Part shown: one piece after another, positions 13,675-26,964 of the stretch | Layout: every line of letters starts with the position of its first letter | Numbering within the stretch: position 1 is the stretch's first letter | Assembly (NCBI GenBank): GCA_051362555.1 | Contig: CM120647.1 | Location: 17,088,651-17,152,650, forward strand | DNA from: Lingula anatina | Taxonomy: Eukaryota; Animalia; Brachiopoda | Length of the DNA: 64,000 nt | Direction of reading: 5' to 3' | The notes under the pieces: model-generated | The model's input: the letters and a program-made list of their open reading frames with translations, nothing else | What the model was told of the DNA's origin: nothing | Databases searched by the model: none | Translations under genes and position numbers: made by a program

Positions 13675-13800
13675 AGTGATGGGTAAAAGCGGTATTACAA
13701 TAGTCAGCACTAAGCTCTCAGCAAACACCAATCCACAAACTGCGGCTAGCAGTATTCGTTGTCGCCTGTCCAAGGTCGTCAACGATTTCGACTCCGGCAT
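13675..13800 (-). CDS. Duplicate (distal) first coding exon of SLC18B1-like paralogue A
   Basis: MPESKSLTTLDRRQRILLAAVCGLVFAESLVLTIVIPLLPIT then GTAAGT donor; part of a ~0.9-kb local duplication (12262-13020 vs 13215-13872). Confidence 0.8.
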
Positions 13801-13872
13801 AACTGACGTTATTGACACTGATATTCTTCTTCAAATGCCTTATGGATTTGCCTTAATATACCGCAGTTAGAC

Positions 13873-16800
13873 CAAGGAGTTATAACAGAAGGAGATTACA
13901 CGCAAGCCTCTCTATTGTCCGATGTCTGTTACGGTGGGCGGAGCTAGCTACGGGGGGCCTCCTGTCTCAAGGTTTCGTCTGGGTCGCTCTCCTCCGCTTG
14001 GAGATTGATTTTATATGCGTTATTTCGCGTTAGAAAGCGATTATAAGGTGGTGACTGAGGATGGTCGCCATGAGTTTTTTGAGTCGGTGATAGATGGCTT
14101 TTCTTTTGCACAACACAGTGAAAAATCACCAAGGATAAGTCAAAAGAAAACGTCCCAACTGTGGTTTGTAAAAATGACATTCAAGTGAACGTCTGTCCTC
14201 ACTGCCAAAGAACATAATATTAATACATAAACGTTTGGACCCTCCTGCCCTTGGGTCCCATAAACATATACATTGAGACAGTGCTTAAGCTTTGTGACTG
14301 GTTTTAAATTTCTTTAAGTATTTTTTTCTCTCACTCGGTATAATTTTAATATCATAATGCATTAAAGTGAAATTTTAATCAAAGGTTGAGGCAATGCCAC
14401 GACATGCCAGTTTACTAAATACTCGTTATAAATTTCTTTATCTTGGAAATCTCCCTTTTTTTCAGGATTATTTTGACACATACTAACACTTCATATTTGT
14501 TGGTAAACAAGTACACAGTGCTAAACATTAAGAATTATTTTTATTCATTCATAAATATATTTATGTGCAAAATATATCAGAAATTTTAGTATTAACTGAG
14601 CTCTTTAAAGTGAAACAAATAAAGATGAGAATTTTGAATTTCAAACTATTATTTACTATATTAACTTAAAATATCTTTTAAGTCAACTCTATACTCAAGC
14701 ATCATGAGTAAAACCATTTTATTATATCAATAGAAGAACAAAAACAAAATTTTACACGTAAGCAGTAATTAATGAAGTCATAAGAATGACTAAGTTGCTA
14801 TGGTTTTCCAGTTTTATGCAGTCTATGTTGGCATTTTTTTCAACCGTGCAAATAGAAATAATTATATTCTTTTTTATCTGACTTGCTGATACCAGTCTGT
14901 GCCAGATACTATTCCACTCACAGGCCAGCAAGGTCTGAGAATCTAATGGGCTGAATGAAAAAAAAAGATAAAATGGCTAATTCTTACAAATAGGATAAAA
15001 AACATGGGATTTTCAAAAGGTTATTATGAATCAAGACAACACTTAGTAAGAACATTTATAAAATGAACTGGAGTACATGTTACAGCTGAAAAAATTAACT
15101 GGGCCAGTAAGTGACTGCTTTAAAGAAATTTCACTGAAACAGTCCAAATTTTACTGGCAATCAAGTAGACTGTTATACCATGGCACTCAACAAATTATAT
15201 ATAGGTTTTGAATTTTTTTCCACGTGACAGTAACATAAAATTTATGTCAACTTTTGAAAGGTATAGAGTCAGTTAGGTGACTGAAAATATTTTAAAATGT
15301 CATGAAGGAGCACTATTAATTTAATGCAATCTCTGTTGGCCAGTCTTATCCAGTTTCTTCTCCAAAAAGGACAACTCAAGTGAGAATTTCTTCAGGGCCT
15401 TTTCTTCTGCCTGCCAATGCCATGCCACTCAGAAAAGAGAGAAACCTGTAGGTTAGAAAAAAAAACATAATAATAGCATTATGAACTACTAGTATCCATG
15501 AAGACATTATGGAATTACGCAGTGAAGTTTAATGTGTCTTGTTTTGACTTGACTGAAATAATGTTCACCACATAAATGAACAATTTACAACTAAATTTAT
15601 ATAGAATATCAAGATTCATGATCACAAGCTAGTAACCCCAAGAAATTGAAAGAAATTGTACTTATTACAAGAAATTATTTAAATCCGCCCTTGTTCCTAC
15701 TCTTCTGACAGGACAAAAAGGGGATTTCAGAGAGGCTGGTTGCTAAAAGGAAAATGCCCAAGGTTGTTGTATTTTGAAAAAAATTTAAAAAAGGGTACTG
15801 TTGTTAGTGAATGTTTAATGCATCGTAGGCATTATGACAAAAGTAACTTACCCCAGACACGCAGACCTCCTCTTTTCATTGACATTTTTTAATTTTTTCC
15901 AGCCTGACCATAATTCATGTATTCAATGCAGCCTTCTCCCATATCTATAATAGAATAAAAAAAAACTTGAGTAGTGTTAAGATAAGCATGTAAAATTCAT
16001 TATCAATTTTGAGAGAATTTCTGTTTCAACACTGCAAGATGAAATATTTACTTTCAAGTAATGAATAAACCTTAATAGAGTTCTATTCTTTTGTAACCAC
16101 CAAGGCAAAGCTTCTTTCTTAAAATGAACAGAAACATCCAAGCTTGCCACCTAACATGCCAAAGTAGTGAAGTATAATTAATGTAGAGAAGCAAGTACCC
16201 CTTAATTATAGAGGTGTCTTACACAGTAAGGTGTGTCTTACACACCTTGACTCAAAGGGAGATGTGTAGTGAGATAACAGGTTAAGTAATTGGTATAGCC
16301 TAGGTGAACTTAAAACCTTTAGACTTTAAATTAAAAGCACCAGGATTCATATGTGTTCTTTTTTCAAAGGTTTAATATAAATTAAAACACATATATGTAA
16401 AAAGAAGACTAAATAAGTTAAAAATAACTATGCCATAAAGTCAAACTTCCTGTTAGACCGCCATGATGGAAAATGCTGGGTGGAGGCAAAATTTTCCAGT
16501 CAAAAAAACTGAGCACTTTACTTTAACAACAAAGTTACCACTCCAAAGCCACCCACCATGGTGAGAAGAAAAATGATGACCAACTGTCATGATAAGTCTT
16601 TTTAGATTTAAACATGAAAAAGGTAAAGGCCAAAATGGTACATTTACCCATAACACTAGAGTAAAAAATTGGTATTCTGAACAAATCAGGTTATTTTTTT
16701 CAAGAAATATTGGAGCAGTATCCATGCAATATATACCACGCCACGACCAAGATGTTCAAGAATCTAAACACACCAATTTTTTTAATAATCTTGCATTTGA

Positions 16801-17625
16801 AAAGTACAAAAAGCGGTAAGGCTTTTGGCCGTAACAAGCGTAACACTTTTCGATCGGAACTCATGAAAATTATCAATTGTCGTATCCAAGCTAGACCACA
16901 TGTAAAATCGCAAAAAAAAAACAATACTGCTCAAGCAAGTGTGTTGCATACATAACAATTAGTTAAATTTTATGACTGTCATGTGACAAAAGTTTCAAAA
17001 AGAAGGAGGAAAATGTCTTTTGGAGTAATTTTTTTTCGAAATATTAACAAGATGGCGGCTTAAGCATCTGCTTGTTATTCGGCTACTGAAAGTGCACCTA
17101 AGTTTTATTATTTGCTATTGCCACAAATTACTTAACAATTGCAACTGTATAAAAACCAAACTTTCTTCATCTGATACTATATTTATAGGCACTTGTTATG
17201 AGTGGGAAATATTTTTCGTGCAATATTTATTCTCCACACACCACCTCGCGAGATCAACGTGTAGCTGGACACTTACACAGTGAGACCCTACGACATAAAA
17301 GTTGCAATTTATCTTCATATTTCGTGTAGTTATGCATTTAAAAGCACTTACCTTTTTTTTTTGAAAACCTTGTCCAACGTAATATCATATAAATTCTGTA
17401 ATTCTCTCATTTTAAGAAACTTTTGACTGCGTTTCTGTTTGTGTCCTCTCCAAACGACAGACGAAGGCATCTATTCTGACAAACGAGATTTAAACGAGAG
17501 TACCAATTAAGCGTAACAGAGATAGGCATCCATTGTTCTCTGGGTTCTATTCATTCCGACCAATGAGAGACCGTAATACGGGCTCCACCTCCACGCGTGT
17601 AATCTCCTTCTGTTATAACTCCTTG
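13873..17625. mobile_element. P-superfamily (Galileo-like TSD) DNA transposon, non-autonomous, 3753 bp
   Basis: Perfect 31-bp TIRs CAAGGAGTTATAACAGAAGGAGATTACACGC; 7-bp near-palindromic TSD GTTAGAC on both sides; empty site CCGCAGGTAGACGCCAC in the duplicated segment at ~12950-12966. Confidence 0.9.
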
Positions 17626-17985
17626 GTTAGACGCCACTCAAAGTTTCGCTTTGGTGTGTAATGATAACTGACCAAAATGTTTCTCCCCTGCCTTCAACAA
17701 CCTGTAAACCTGTATGTATGTATATAATTCTTTTAGAGTACGGATAGCGTGACGAGACCAATAAGAAATGCCTTCCCTGTTATAAAATTATGGACATACC
17801 AGATCGTCACTTCCGTGCCTCATAGCCCGGTTATATTTAGCATCCAATAGGTGGCGACAGTCGGTGTACCCTTTGCCTCAGATTTCGTGGTTTTAGACGC
17901 TCTCGTGCCCGACTTAAGAGTCCTCGTCTCGTCCAAATGGCGGTATCTTTGAGCAGCACTAATGTGAAGCAGTTAACTCTCCGAG

Positions 17986-18036
<51 letters not shown>

Positions 18037-18039
<3 letters not shown>

Positions 18040-18201
18040 GGTCGGATCCAGAGATATTTTCTGACAGTCTTCCAAATTATCTTTGTTAATTCGTCCTCAA
18101 TTTTTGACCGTCTTCTGACAGAAAATATTAGATACCCGTCAATGTAAACTTAAAAATCTGACCGTCTTCCGGAAGACCCAGAAGACGGCCTAAATCCGCC
18201 C

Positions 18202-18204
<3 letters not shown>
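18037..18204. mobile_element. hAT-like MITE embedded in a (TA)n microsatellite
   Basis: Termini CAGGGTCGGATCCA / TAAATCCGCCCCTG; (CT)n(TA)n on the left and (TA)n on the right; internal TGAC(A/C)GTCTTC repeats. Confidence 0.75.
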
Positions 18205-18265
<61 letters not shown>

Positions 18266-19120
18266 CGACGATATCAGTCTATCAATCAGTCATATCGACC
18301 ATCAACATCATCAGTTACACATCTGCATAACTAGATTTACGGGCCCTACGTTATAATCACTACAAGTAATATATCATTATAATTATAATATGTATTAAAC
18401 GCGCCAGATTAAATCAATGTTTACTCGTATGGTTGTTTCTTACATTCTCATCATTTTGTTTGTAAATTTAGTTTTTTTTATATTTCATTACTGTAACTTG
18501 TTTATATCAAGAAGTCACTTCTAGCAGTTTTTATAATGTAGATTTTGCCTTTGTTTCATTCCAAGTTGTTGTTCCAGTTGGCATGTTATATTTCATGTTA
18601 TAGAACCACACTCACAGCACTTATAAAACCTCAATTTTTTATTCTGCCGATTTTAACAAAATTGCTTTAATACATATAAAATTCCTTAAGATATAAGTAA
18701 TAAAAAGACTGCGTAAAATATATCAGGTATCTTCCTATTCACTATATTCCACATTCAATTGAAACATTACAATATCGACGGCTCTTGCCAATGTCACAGT
18801 GTCGCATATCTTTTTATCATTTCGCATAATTTATGGTAAAATAACAGCACACACAGCACAACGTACACAGAAAAGTAAACATAATGTTAACACTCACACA
18901 CACACACACACACACGTTTTTGATGAGAATCTACGTCTTTGTGGCATGCACCCCTTCTCACATACACTTCACACACATGATTTAAATTGTAATACTCCAT
19001 GAAATATTTTAAAGTAGCACGAAAAAAATATTAAGGAAGTGTCTTCATTCGAAATGATCAATAAATATCTAATAAAAGCTGTCATGGATATAAATCCTCT
19101 GTAAATAGAAACTTGCACAA

Positions 19121-19170
19121 TGTACTGTACTGTACTGTACTGTACTGTACTGTACTATACTATACTATAC
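19121..19170. repeat. Pentanucleotide microsatellite (TGTAC)n(TATAC)n
   Basis: Direct reading. Confidence 0.9.
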
Positions 19171-19304
19171 AGGAAACGTTTTAAACAAGAATATGTAAAC
19201 GCAGCTCATAGTCTACAAAAATACAAACAAAAGAAAACATATTTACATATCAAAATTTTAAAAATCGAACTACTATTTTAGGATATTACACCTTTCACGA
19301 AGAC

Positions 19305-20006
19305 TCAGTTCGATTTACTGCCGTCTGCAGTTTGTTTCATGGGAGCTGTGTTTTGATGCTGGGTATCGTCTACTCCACTGTCACTCGATGTCTCTGCTGT
19401 CGATTCTGTTGTAGCAGAGCCTGAATTTTCGGTTTCCACATGTGACTTAGGAATGTCACATGTCGTAGACCCCGGTACATTATTAGTTAGTTTCCCCGGG
19501 TCACATGATATCGGACTTTTCACATCAGACGACCCATCAAACGCCTTGTTTTCAATTCCCTTGTCATCAGAAGTCCCCGTGTTGTACTGGGTATGATCAT
19601 TATGTTCTAAATATACCATTTCCGACCTTTCCACTACCGATTCCACTCCGGCTTTTGATAATTGCTTAGAAATTTGTCTGGTTAATCCCACGGTGCCATC
19701 TTTATGACCAAGTACTCTATCCACTATTAGTCGAGCTATAAGAAGTAGTCCCTGAAATTTAATATTAATTCAGGTATAAGCAGAAGCCTTAGAGATACTT
19801 TGATAAAAAAAAAGTTGTAAAAGTGCAGAAAAAATACTTTAGTGAACAGCATTGTGACAGCAAAAAACACAGGCAGTGTGCGTGTATTTTTTTTTTTTTT
19901 TAAATAAACTTACCCACTCCAAACACACTCGCAAAATAAGAAATGTGTTTGTGTGGGCTTGGATATATTCGTGTGAGAAAGTAAGATAGAGGAGAAGATA
20001 GATCAT

Positions 20007-20046
<40 letters not shown>

Positions 20047-23000
20047 GTGGAGAAAATGGGTAATTTATAACAAGTTTTATGAAATTTGCCAAAACACCCA
20101 CACTAAGAGAGAGAGAGAGCGCCTGATACTTACAAACACACACTGTATCAATCCAAACACGACGGTTGTCCAGGCAAAGCCAATATGATCAGTTAAAGCG
20201 CCACCTATGAATGGCCCGGAAAAGAAACTGCAATGCAAAATTATCAAACAAGGTTACATACATGAGCATGTCCAGAGGGATTTTTTTTCCTGTCCAATGT
20301 ATAAACAGTATATCACTTGGTACTATTTATTACGAAACGACTCGCAAAACTTGATTAAACTTTAATCAATTCTATCGTATAAAATAGAATATGTGACAAT
20401 TTCACCGTGTACTTACCCTGACGTCAGCGCTCCATTCACTGAGGCCGAGACAATACCGTAAGTGCCGTAGTTGTCTGGATAACCCGTTTTTCTACAATAC
20501 AATGTAAATCGTAAGTGCAGGCAGCAGCACAGTATATAGATATGGGTGAGAACAATTACATATCTAGGCTATGAAAGTTAACTTGAAATGTGACTTAGGC
20601 GCCACCAATTTTGTCTTTACTTACTTGTGTTCTCATACATTCACTTTGTACCATAGAAATTTTAAACATTAATTACTTCATTAATTATTTAAAACATTAA
20701 TTACTATTTATAACAAGCGTATCCTTTTAATTTCCAATTTTAACCTTTGGCGCTTATTGGTTGCATTTCCCAGCGTCACTTACCCTGCAATAAAATTAAG
20801 ATCCGGGACATTGGTTACTATGGCACCCGTATAACTGATGATGTAAACCAAACAAACCAGGGAGGTGATCCACCATGGACTGAAACGGAATTGTGAATAT
20901 TTTATTGGCTGTATTTTCTATTAGAACTGATGTTTGGCAAATTTTAATTTAATGTAGATTGTTTTGCAATGCCTTTTTTGGCTTCTCCACTGGCTTTTTG
21001 CCTTCGAAATTTTATTTCACCCTCTCTTTTCCTCTCCTCTCCGTCTCTCCCTTCCCCTCTCTCTATATATCTCTCCCCCTCTCTTTTTCTTTTACACACC
21101 CTCTCTTTCTATTCTCTTTCTCTCTAATAGTAAACGTAACGACAGATACGTACTATTCTACAGGTATGAAGGGTGCAGGTGCAAGGAGAATGAGTGAAAA
21201 TCCCGACATATACATACACCAGCTCATTACTGCAACATTACCCTGAAATAAAGAAACATAACATTACCAAAAAATATGCACAAAACCATTCAGGTTTACG
21301 TAATTGAAATAACGTCTTATCTTGGCGAGTGAATTTCAAAATATTGTATTTTATTAGACGTCTAATTGGAAGTCTAAGGAATTAAACAGTACATGTAGTA
21401 TCATTACTCGATACAAGTTATCTTACCATCAAAGCTGAATTCAGTTTTACCCAAATGGGCAAAAAGATGAGGAAAACTACAGCGCAGACAGTAAATAACC
21501 AGGCTACTTCTGCCGGGCCCCAACCAAACTGGAAAGGAAAGGATAGATGACGCTAAAACTAGTTTAATCACGAGACCAAGGAGGACTGCTTTTCAGTTAG
21601 CAGTCTTTTAACCCAGTTTTATTCATGCAAATATTCATTTTATTATCATTATAAATTTTTTAAACATTCTATGTACAACTTCAACCCACTGGGTTGCAAT
21701 CCTAATAAATTATTATTATTATTATTATTATTATATTATTATCAATGACTGAGTCCACGTGTACTGTGAACGAGATTGTGACAGAGATGAACCGTCAACG
21801 ATACAATGGTGGCATTTTACGCTGTATAACCTTAACCAGAAATAAACTAACTGTCTTCAAGGAAAGCTCGTTTTTATGAGGACACCATAGAAGTTTCAAA
21901 TTTAAATCGAGATTTTTGTTGTTCTATAGGGTACTTATTTGGTCAATTTCTTTTGAAAGCTCGTTATGCTATCTTTGATGATCAGTGTATTGAGGCACGT
22001 TGCACACGCTAAGCTACCATTTACCTACTTAATGAATGAGTAATCTTTATAGGCACAGTTTTGCAAAGGTTAATAAGGAAGAATTCTTCAATTAATCTGG
22101 AGTGATTCTAAAATTGAAAATCAAGGGAGAAATTGTACATAATTCACACCTGTTCATGCATATGCACTGGAATAAAACCTTCGAAGAACCTGAACACGGC
22201 AGCGATGACCAACGAATGTGCAACTGAAATGTGAACGACAGGGTTTGATTAATATATCTCCATTGTGTGCTACAGTGTAATAAGGTCCCTGTTATTACCT
22301 ATACTTTTAACTTGCCTACTTGCTTGAATATGGTACATAAATGGTGCTATTTTTTTTTTAATCTTTAAGAGCACAGTTGTGTCAACTTGCCTGTTAATAG
22401 GGCTCTCGGCTGCAGAAGAAGAGGAAAGTACTGCCCAGACTTGTGCTGCACAACTTGACCTAAATAACAAGAAATGACAGGCGTTTTAGCGACTCAACCA
22501 GGCAAAAAGTGGCCTCATTTCTTTACGTCCCTCAACGTTACTTCTTCGCATCATTTCCAACCCATTGCAAAATTATATTATTAGGCATATCGATAATCAG
22601 ATTTTAAATTTTTAAGACATATGTACATAAATTCAACAGAAACGCAATATTATCATATCTGATATGACAGCTGCAGACAAGCGCCTGTCAAATAACCTAC
22701 CTTTTAAATGGCGTAAGGGAATCACAGCAATGATAAGGATAATGACAAGTATCACAGACATCACAATGAACGGCAGCCAGAAACCATTAGCCTGGAACAT
22801 AAGTAGTTCATCTGTAAAAAATAAGCCTATTCAAATGACAGTGCATTTTGTGTATGCTTGCTTGAATATGAAGTCCTTATGGTATTTGTCACGAAGGGAA
22901 TGCATGTATGAGATGCTTATGAGATAAGTGTGAGATTTGAATAATGCAAGCAAGAAATGACAAGAAGGATGGGAGAGAGAGGGGGGTAGAGAGGGGGGTG

Positions 23001-24286
23001 GAGGGGGGGGGGTCCAAGGAGAAAGGAGGAGGAGGAGGAGACAGAGATCTAGACTCACTGCGTACAGCCCCCCAGCTATGGGTGGAGACAGTGTAAACCC
23101 CAGGGCCACGCTTCCCTGATATGCGGCCTGTAATACAAGCAAGTTAACTAATTAATAACAAAAAGCATTGAAACCACAGTCATCTACTGACATTTAATCA
23201 AATAAGTAAGTTATAAAATGACTAAATAATCTAGGAGAAATCTTTATGTACAAGACAAACAGTTTAAAAATAAACATTATATAGAAATTAAACGACAACA
23301 GTTTTAACAACAAAAACAACAACAACAACAACAAATAGACTTCAATAAAAATGCAGCAAAGCCACTCTACAACAAGGCAAACCAAATCAAATCAAGGAGA
23401 CAACCCTACCTGCACCCCAAGACCATGCTCCGGCATCTCAGCAGACAGGATGGCCTGCACAGCTACAGCTATGGCGGAGAAACCGCTACCTTGGATTATC
23501 CTCAGGACGAGGAGAGAGGGTAGGAATTCCACGCGGCCACGTGAAAACTCCCCTGCCAGCCTGGTATATTATATTATATTATATTATATTATATTATATT
23601 ATATTATATTTCAGGGACACAATACTTAGCGTTATTGCTTAACACGCAGAGATCTAGAAAGTAAAATATTGCCATCACTAAAAAATAAGTAATATGCGTG
23701 CACCGCCAGGGGGAAAAGACATATTGGGATGACCATATAATTCATATATGTTCATTTCCCCCTTTCTAATTTCAAATTGATGTAAAAGCCGGGGTCAATC
23801 GATATAATTGAAACCGGATTATCTCACACCGTTTATAGAGAATATGGAATTGGCGTCAAACTGATTGAAACCGGATCATCCTGGACCGGTGTGACAGATA
23901 TGGTTGTCCGGTATGGACCGTATACTTACTTCCCCCATTACTTTGTACAGGTGACATTCGACCCATATACTAACCCCAATACTCCAACTAACCCTAACCT
24001 GTTCTAATCATATGGGACCCCAGACTTTCATTCCTAGGCCCACCATTCCTGTCACACCGGTAATAGCGTATCGTCATCGTACTTACCCTATTCCAACGGC
24101 TGCCAGCGCTGTAACGACACATCCCGCAATCGACATCGATTTAGGTGTTATCCGGGATAGCTGACAAAAAGAATTGAAAAAAGGGAAATAAAGAAGGCTT
24201 GGTCGCAACATATTTATAAACGTGTGGAGGTATCCACATGAATGAATAAAAACAAACAGCTGGGTAGCTTGAAATATTCTAGATCT

Positions 24287-24318
<32 letters not shown>

Positions 24319-26681
24319 TTATTTATTATAACTTCTAGAAAGTGATTGCAAGTCACAGTTCAAAAATAATAACAAAGAATAAAATTAATAAATATAGATT
24401 AAAAAAGGACAGGAAAGTGTGCATTATTGATGACCAGGTACGTTTGACCATGCGCATTAAGAAAACAGTTATCATAATTTCAGCTTATGCAAGTTATACG
24501 TTCTAATATTCTAAAATCACAAACAACTTACCAGTTTTCCGTGGACTATTCCAGACAAAGCGGAAGCCAGCCATGCTACCCCAAATAATATCCCGACCTC
24601 AAAATTTGACACACCTTTTTCTCTGGCCTGAAATAATTGAAGAAAATAAAATGTGTTGCAGTGCTGATCGTTTAATCGACCCTTTAAAAAGTCTTAAAAT
24701 CTAAGGGATCATTCCCTATGAAAGGATCGTTCTACGTGGAAGAATCTATATCTGCCAAAAACTCTCGCAGATTGCAATCAGTTTAACAGATAAACACGCC
24801 TCTTCTTGTTTCCAAAGTACTCGTATAATAACCAGATATTCTGTATTCTACTTAACGCCAGGAGGAGGCGTGTTCATCTGTTAACCTGACTGCATTCAGC
24901 GTGAGTCCCCTAGGAGTTTGACTGGACCACGTGGAACGACAGTTTCATTGGGATTGCACCTTAAAACTTCCATAGCACGGATGATAGATCCGCTAAAAGC
25001 CTACGAGAGATTGAGATCTTGAGCAGGGAAATACTTGTTTCAAATGGAATTCGTTCAGAATCTATGATCAACAAAGTTGCTACTTTAATATTTTCTCTAT
25101 GTATTTTATTAAAAAAAGACGGTAGATTGAAATGATCTCTCTCTCTCCCTCTCTCTCTCACACACACAAACACACACACGCACTCACACATGCACACACT
25201 GGACTACAGGAGAGAGAGAGAGAGAGAGAGATGATAATGATTTAGGTATGTAGAATACCTTTATAAAATATACATGTATAAATACCTCGCAGTGCCACTG
25301 AAGTTATCCAGTGCTCAACTGAGTGTTACCTAACTATGCTTATATATCCACTGCATTATTTACCTATAGATCCAGGTATCTCACCCAGATGCTTCTGATA
25401 GCAGCTAGGACCATTTAATGTCCATGTGGCGTTGAAAGTCGCAATTACTTGATGGACCTGTATTTAACTGACCTTGATACATATAACAGTAGTGTCCAGA
25501 TAGGGATAGACAGGCAAGAGTGATTCTTTTGTACACGTTACGCACCCGTGTAGAAATACTAGTACATATAGGCTTACTTGTATAGAGTTGGGGTATTCCA
25601 TAAAAAAGTGAACATATCTGTTTATATCACTCTTTAATTATTGGCGACTTTTGGTCTATATTGAAAATACTATAGTATAAAGCAGAGGCAAGGGTTGGTC
25701 AAGTATATTGTACATAGTACATGTATGTTACAGAAATGAATGAGAGTTTTTTTTTCATTTATTTATTTATTTTTGTAAAATACGTCCATCAGTGTTTAGG
25801 GCTAGTAAGAATTATACAAAACAAAATACAGAAAATGTACGTGCATCATTGACTTGACTCAATTAAATGTTCATTTATTGTTGTTGTTGTTGTGGAATAA
25901 CCCACTTCTGGAGGTTACACAGACATACCTGGGGGTTTGTCGGCAAGCAAATATAAGTTTGAGTACTACTGCTTTGTTTAGAACTGGGTCAAAAACAGAT
26001 AACTAAACGAACATTTGAGTCTTGTCAGCAGCGACGTTCACCTGTGTATTTTATGTAATACTTGTATTATTCTGTCTCGACCCATTATTTTCTCTGCTTT
26101 ATATTGAAGTGCTCTACAATAGGGGAATAAATCAACAATGATGGTAAAAGTGATAAAAAGAAGCGAGTTATACAAATATCAAACCAGCAAATATTTAATG
26201 GAACAGCTCCTCTAACACGATCCCAGAGGGAATTTTTGAAGGAGGAGTGGGGGCAGATGTGTGCGTGTGTGCGTGCGCGCACGTGTGTGTGGGTGTGTAT
26301 TTGTGTGTGTGTGTGGGTGGGTGTGGGTGTGAAGCTAGACAATTGTACGTAAGCAGGTGTGACACGGAGCGTGCACGTTTGTACTCCGTACCCACAAGCT
26401 ATTTGTACAAGTATGGAATATCGGGGTCCCATATAACACAACACAAGTACAGGTTGAGGTTAGCCGCAGTTTTGAGGACATTATAAGCTAGGGCCATAAA
26501 AATATTGCCTTGTGGGTCATAGGTAGGTCTAAATGGGACGATTCCCACCCGTGTTTAGTATGGGAAATGGACCATAAATCCTAGCTGGCTACCTGCTGCG
26601 TCGTATTTTAGGGTGGGAATTTGGATAGAACAATCTTTTTTCGTCTACTTAACTATCCCTGTACTAGTAGCAGCTCTCTAG

Positions 26682-26720
<39 letters not shown>

Positions 26721-26730
26721 AACTCAATCA

Positions 26731-26761
<31 letters not shown>

Positions 26762-26964
26762 ACGGAAAAGGAATGTATGTCACAAGTGAGAGAGATATAT
26801 TAATATATCATATTTGAAATCTACCAGATACTACTTACAGTGATAGGCAGGAGGGGCGCTACAATAGTCAGCACTAAACTCTCAGCAAACACCAATCCAC
26901 AAACTGCGGCTAGCAGTATTCGTTGTCGCCGGTCCAAAGTCGTCAGCGATTTCGACTCCGGCAT
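19305..26964 (-). CDS. SLC18B1-like MFS transporter, paralogue B (~550 aa, 14 coding exons)
   Basis: Exons 26839-26964, 24532-24627, 24087-24160, 23410-23560, 23059-23127, 22701-22791, 22391-22459, 22150-22223, 21427-21528, 21154-21242, 20784-20879, 20417-20491, 20134-20227, 19305-19751. The first 13 exons match paralogue A in length; intron 7 has a GC donor. Confidence 0.92.
21586..21744 (+). mobile_element. 5'-truncated LINE 3' end (CR1/L2-like)
   Basis: Stem-loop CAACCC-ACT-GGGTTG, then AATAAA and a (TTA)n tail; absent at the homologous intron position of paralogue A (~7825). Confidence 0.65.
23890..24056. mobile_element. Ginger1-like MITE (TGT...ACA termini, CCGG TSD)
   Basis: CCGG|TGTGACAG...CTGTCACA|CCGG; paralogue A has a single CCGG at ~11047. 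Relatives at ~7948-8112 and ~60700-60850. Confidence 0.85.
24705..24961. mobile_element. PIF/Harbinger-like MITE, family 2
   Basis: TAA|GGGATCATTCCC...GGGATTGCACCT|TAA; the internal CTTGTTTCCAAAGTACTCG motif recurs, with single changes, in 51091-51327 and 62171-62629. Confidence 0.75.

Noticed and set aside
12661-13870. Plus-strand ORFs MGKSGITIVSTKLSAN... (also 26840-27127)
   Set aside because: Antisense shadows of transporter exon 1.
16453-17063. Possible nested element inside the P-like transposon (CCGCCAT / ATGGCGG ends)
   Set aside because: Inverted match too short and imperfect; no clear TSD.
23970-24000. TAACCC motifs as interstitial telomere (also ~60780-60810)
   Set aside because: Internal part of the Ginger1-like MITE, not a telomeric array.
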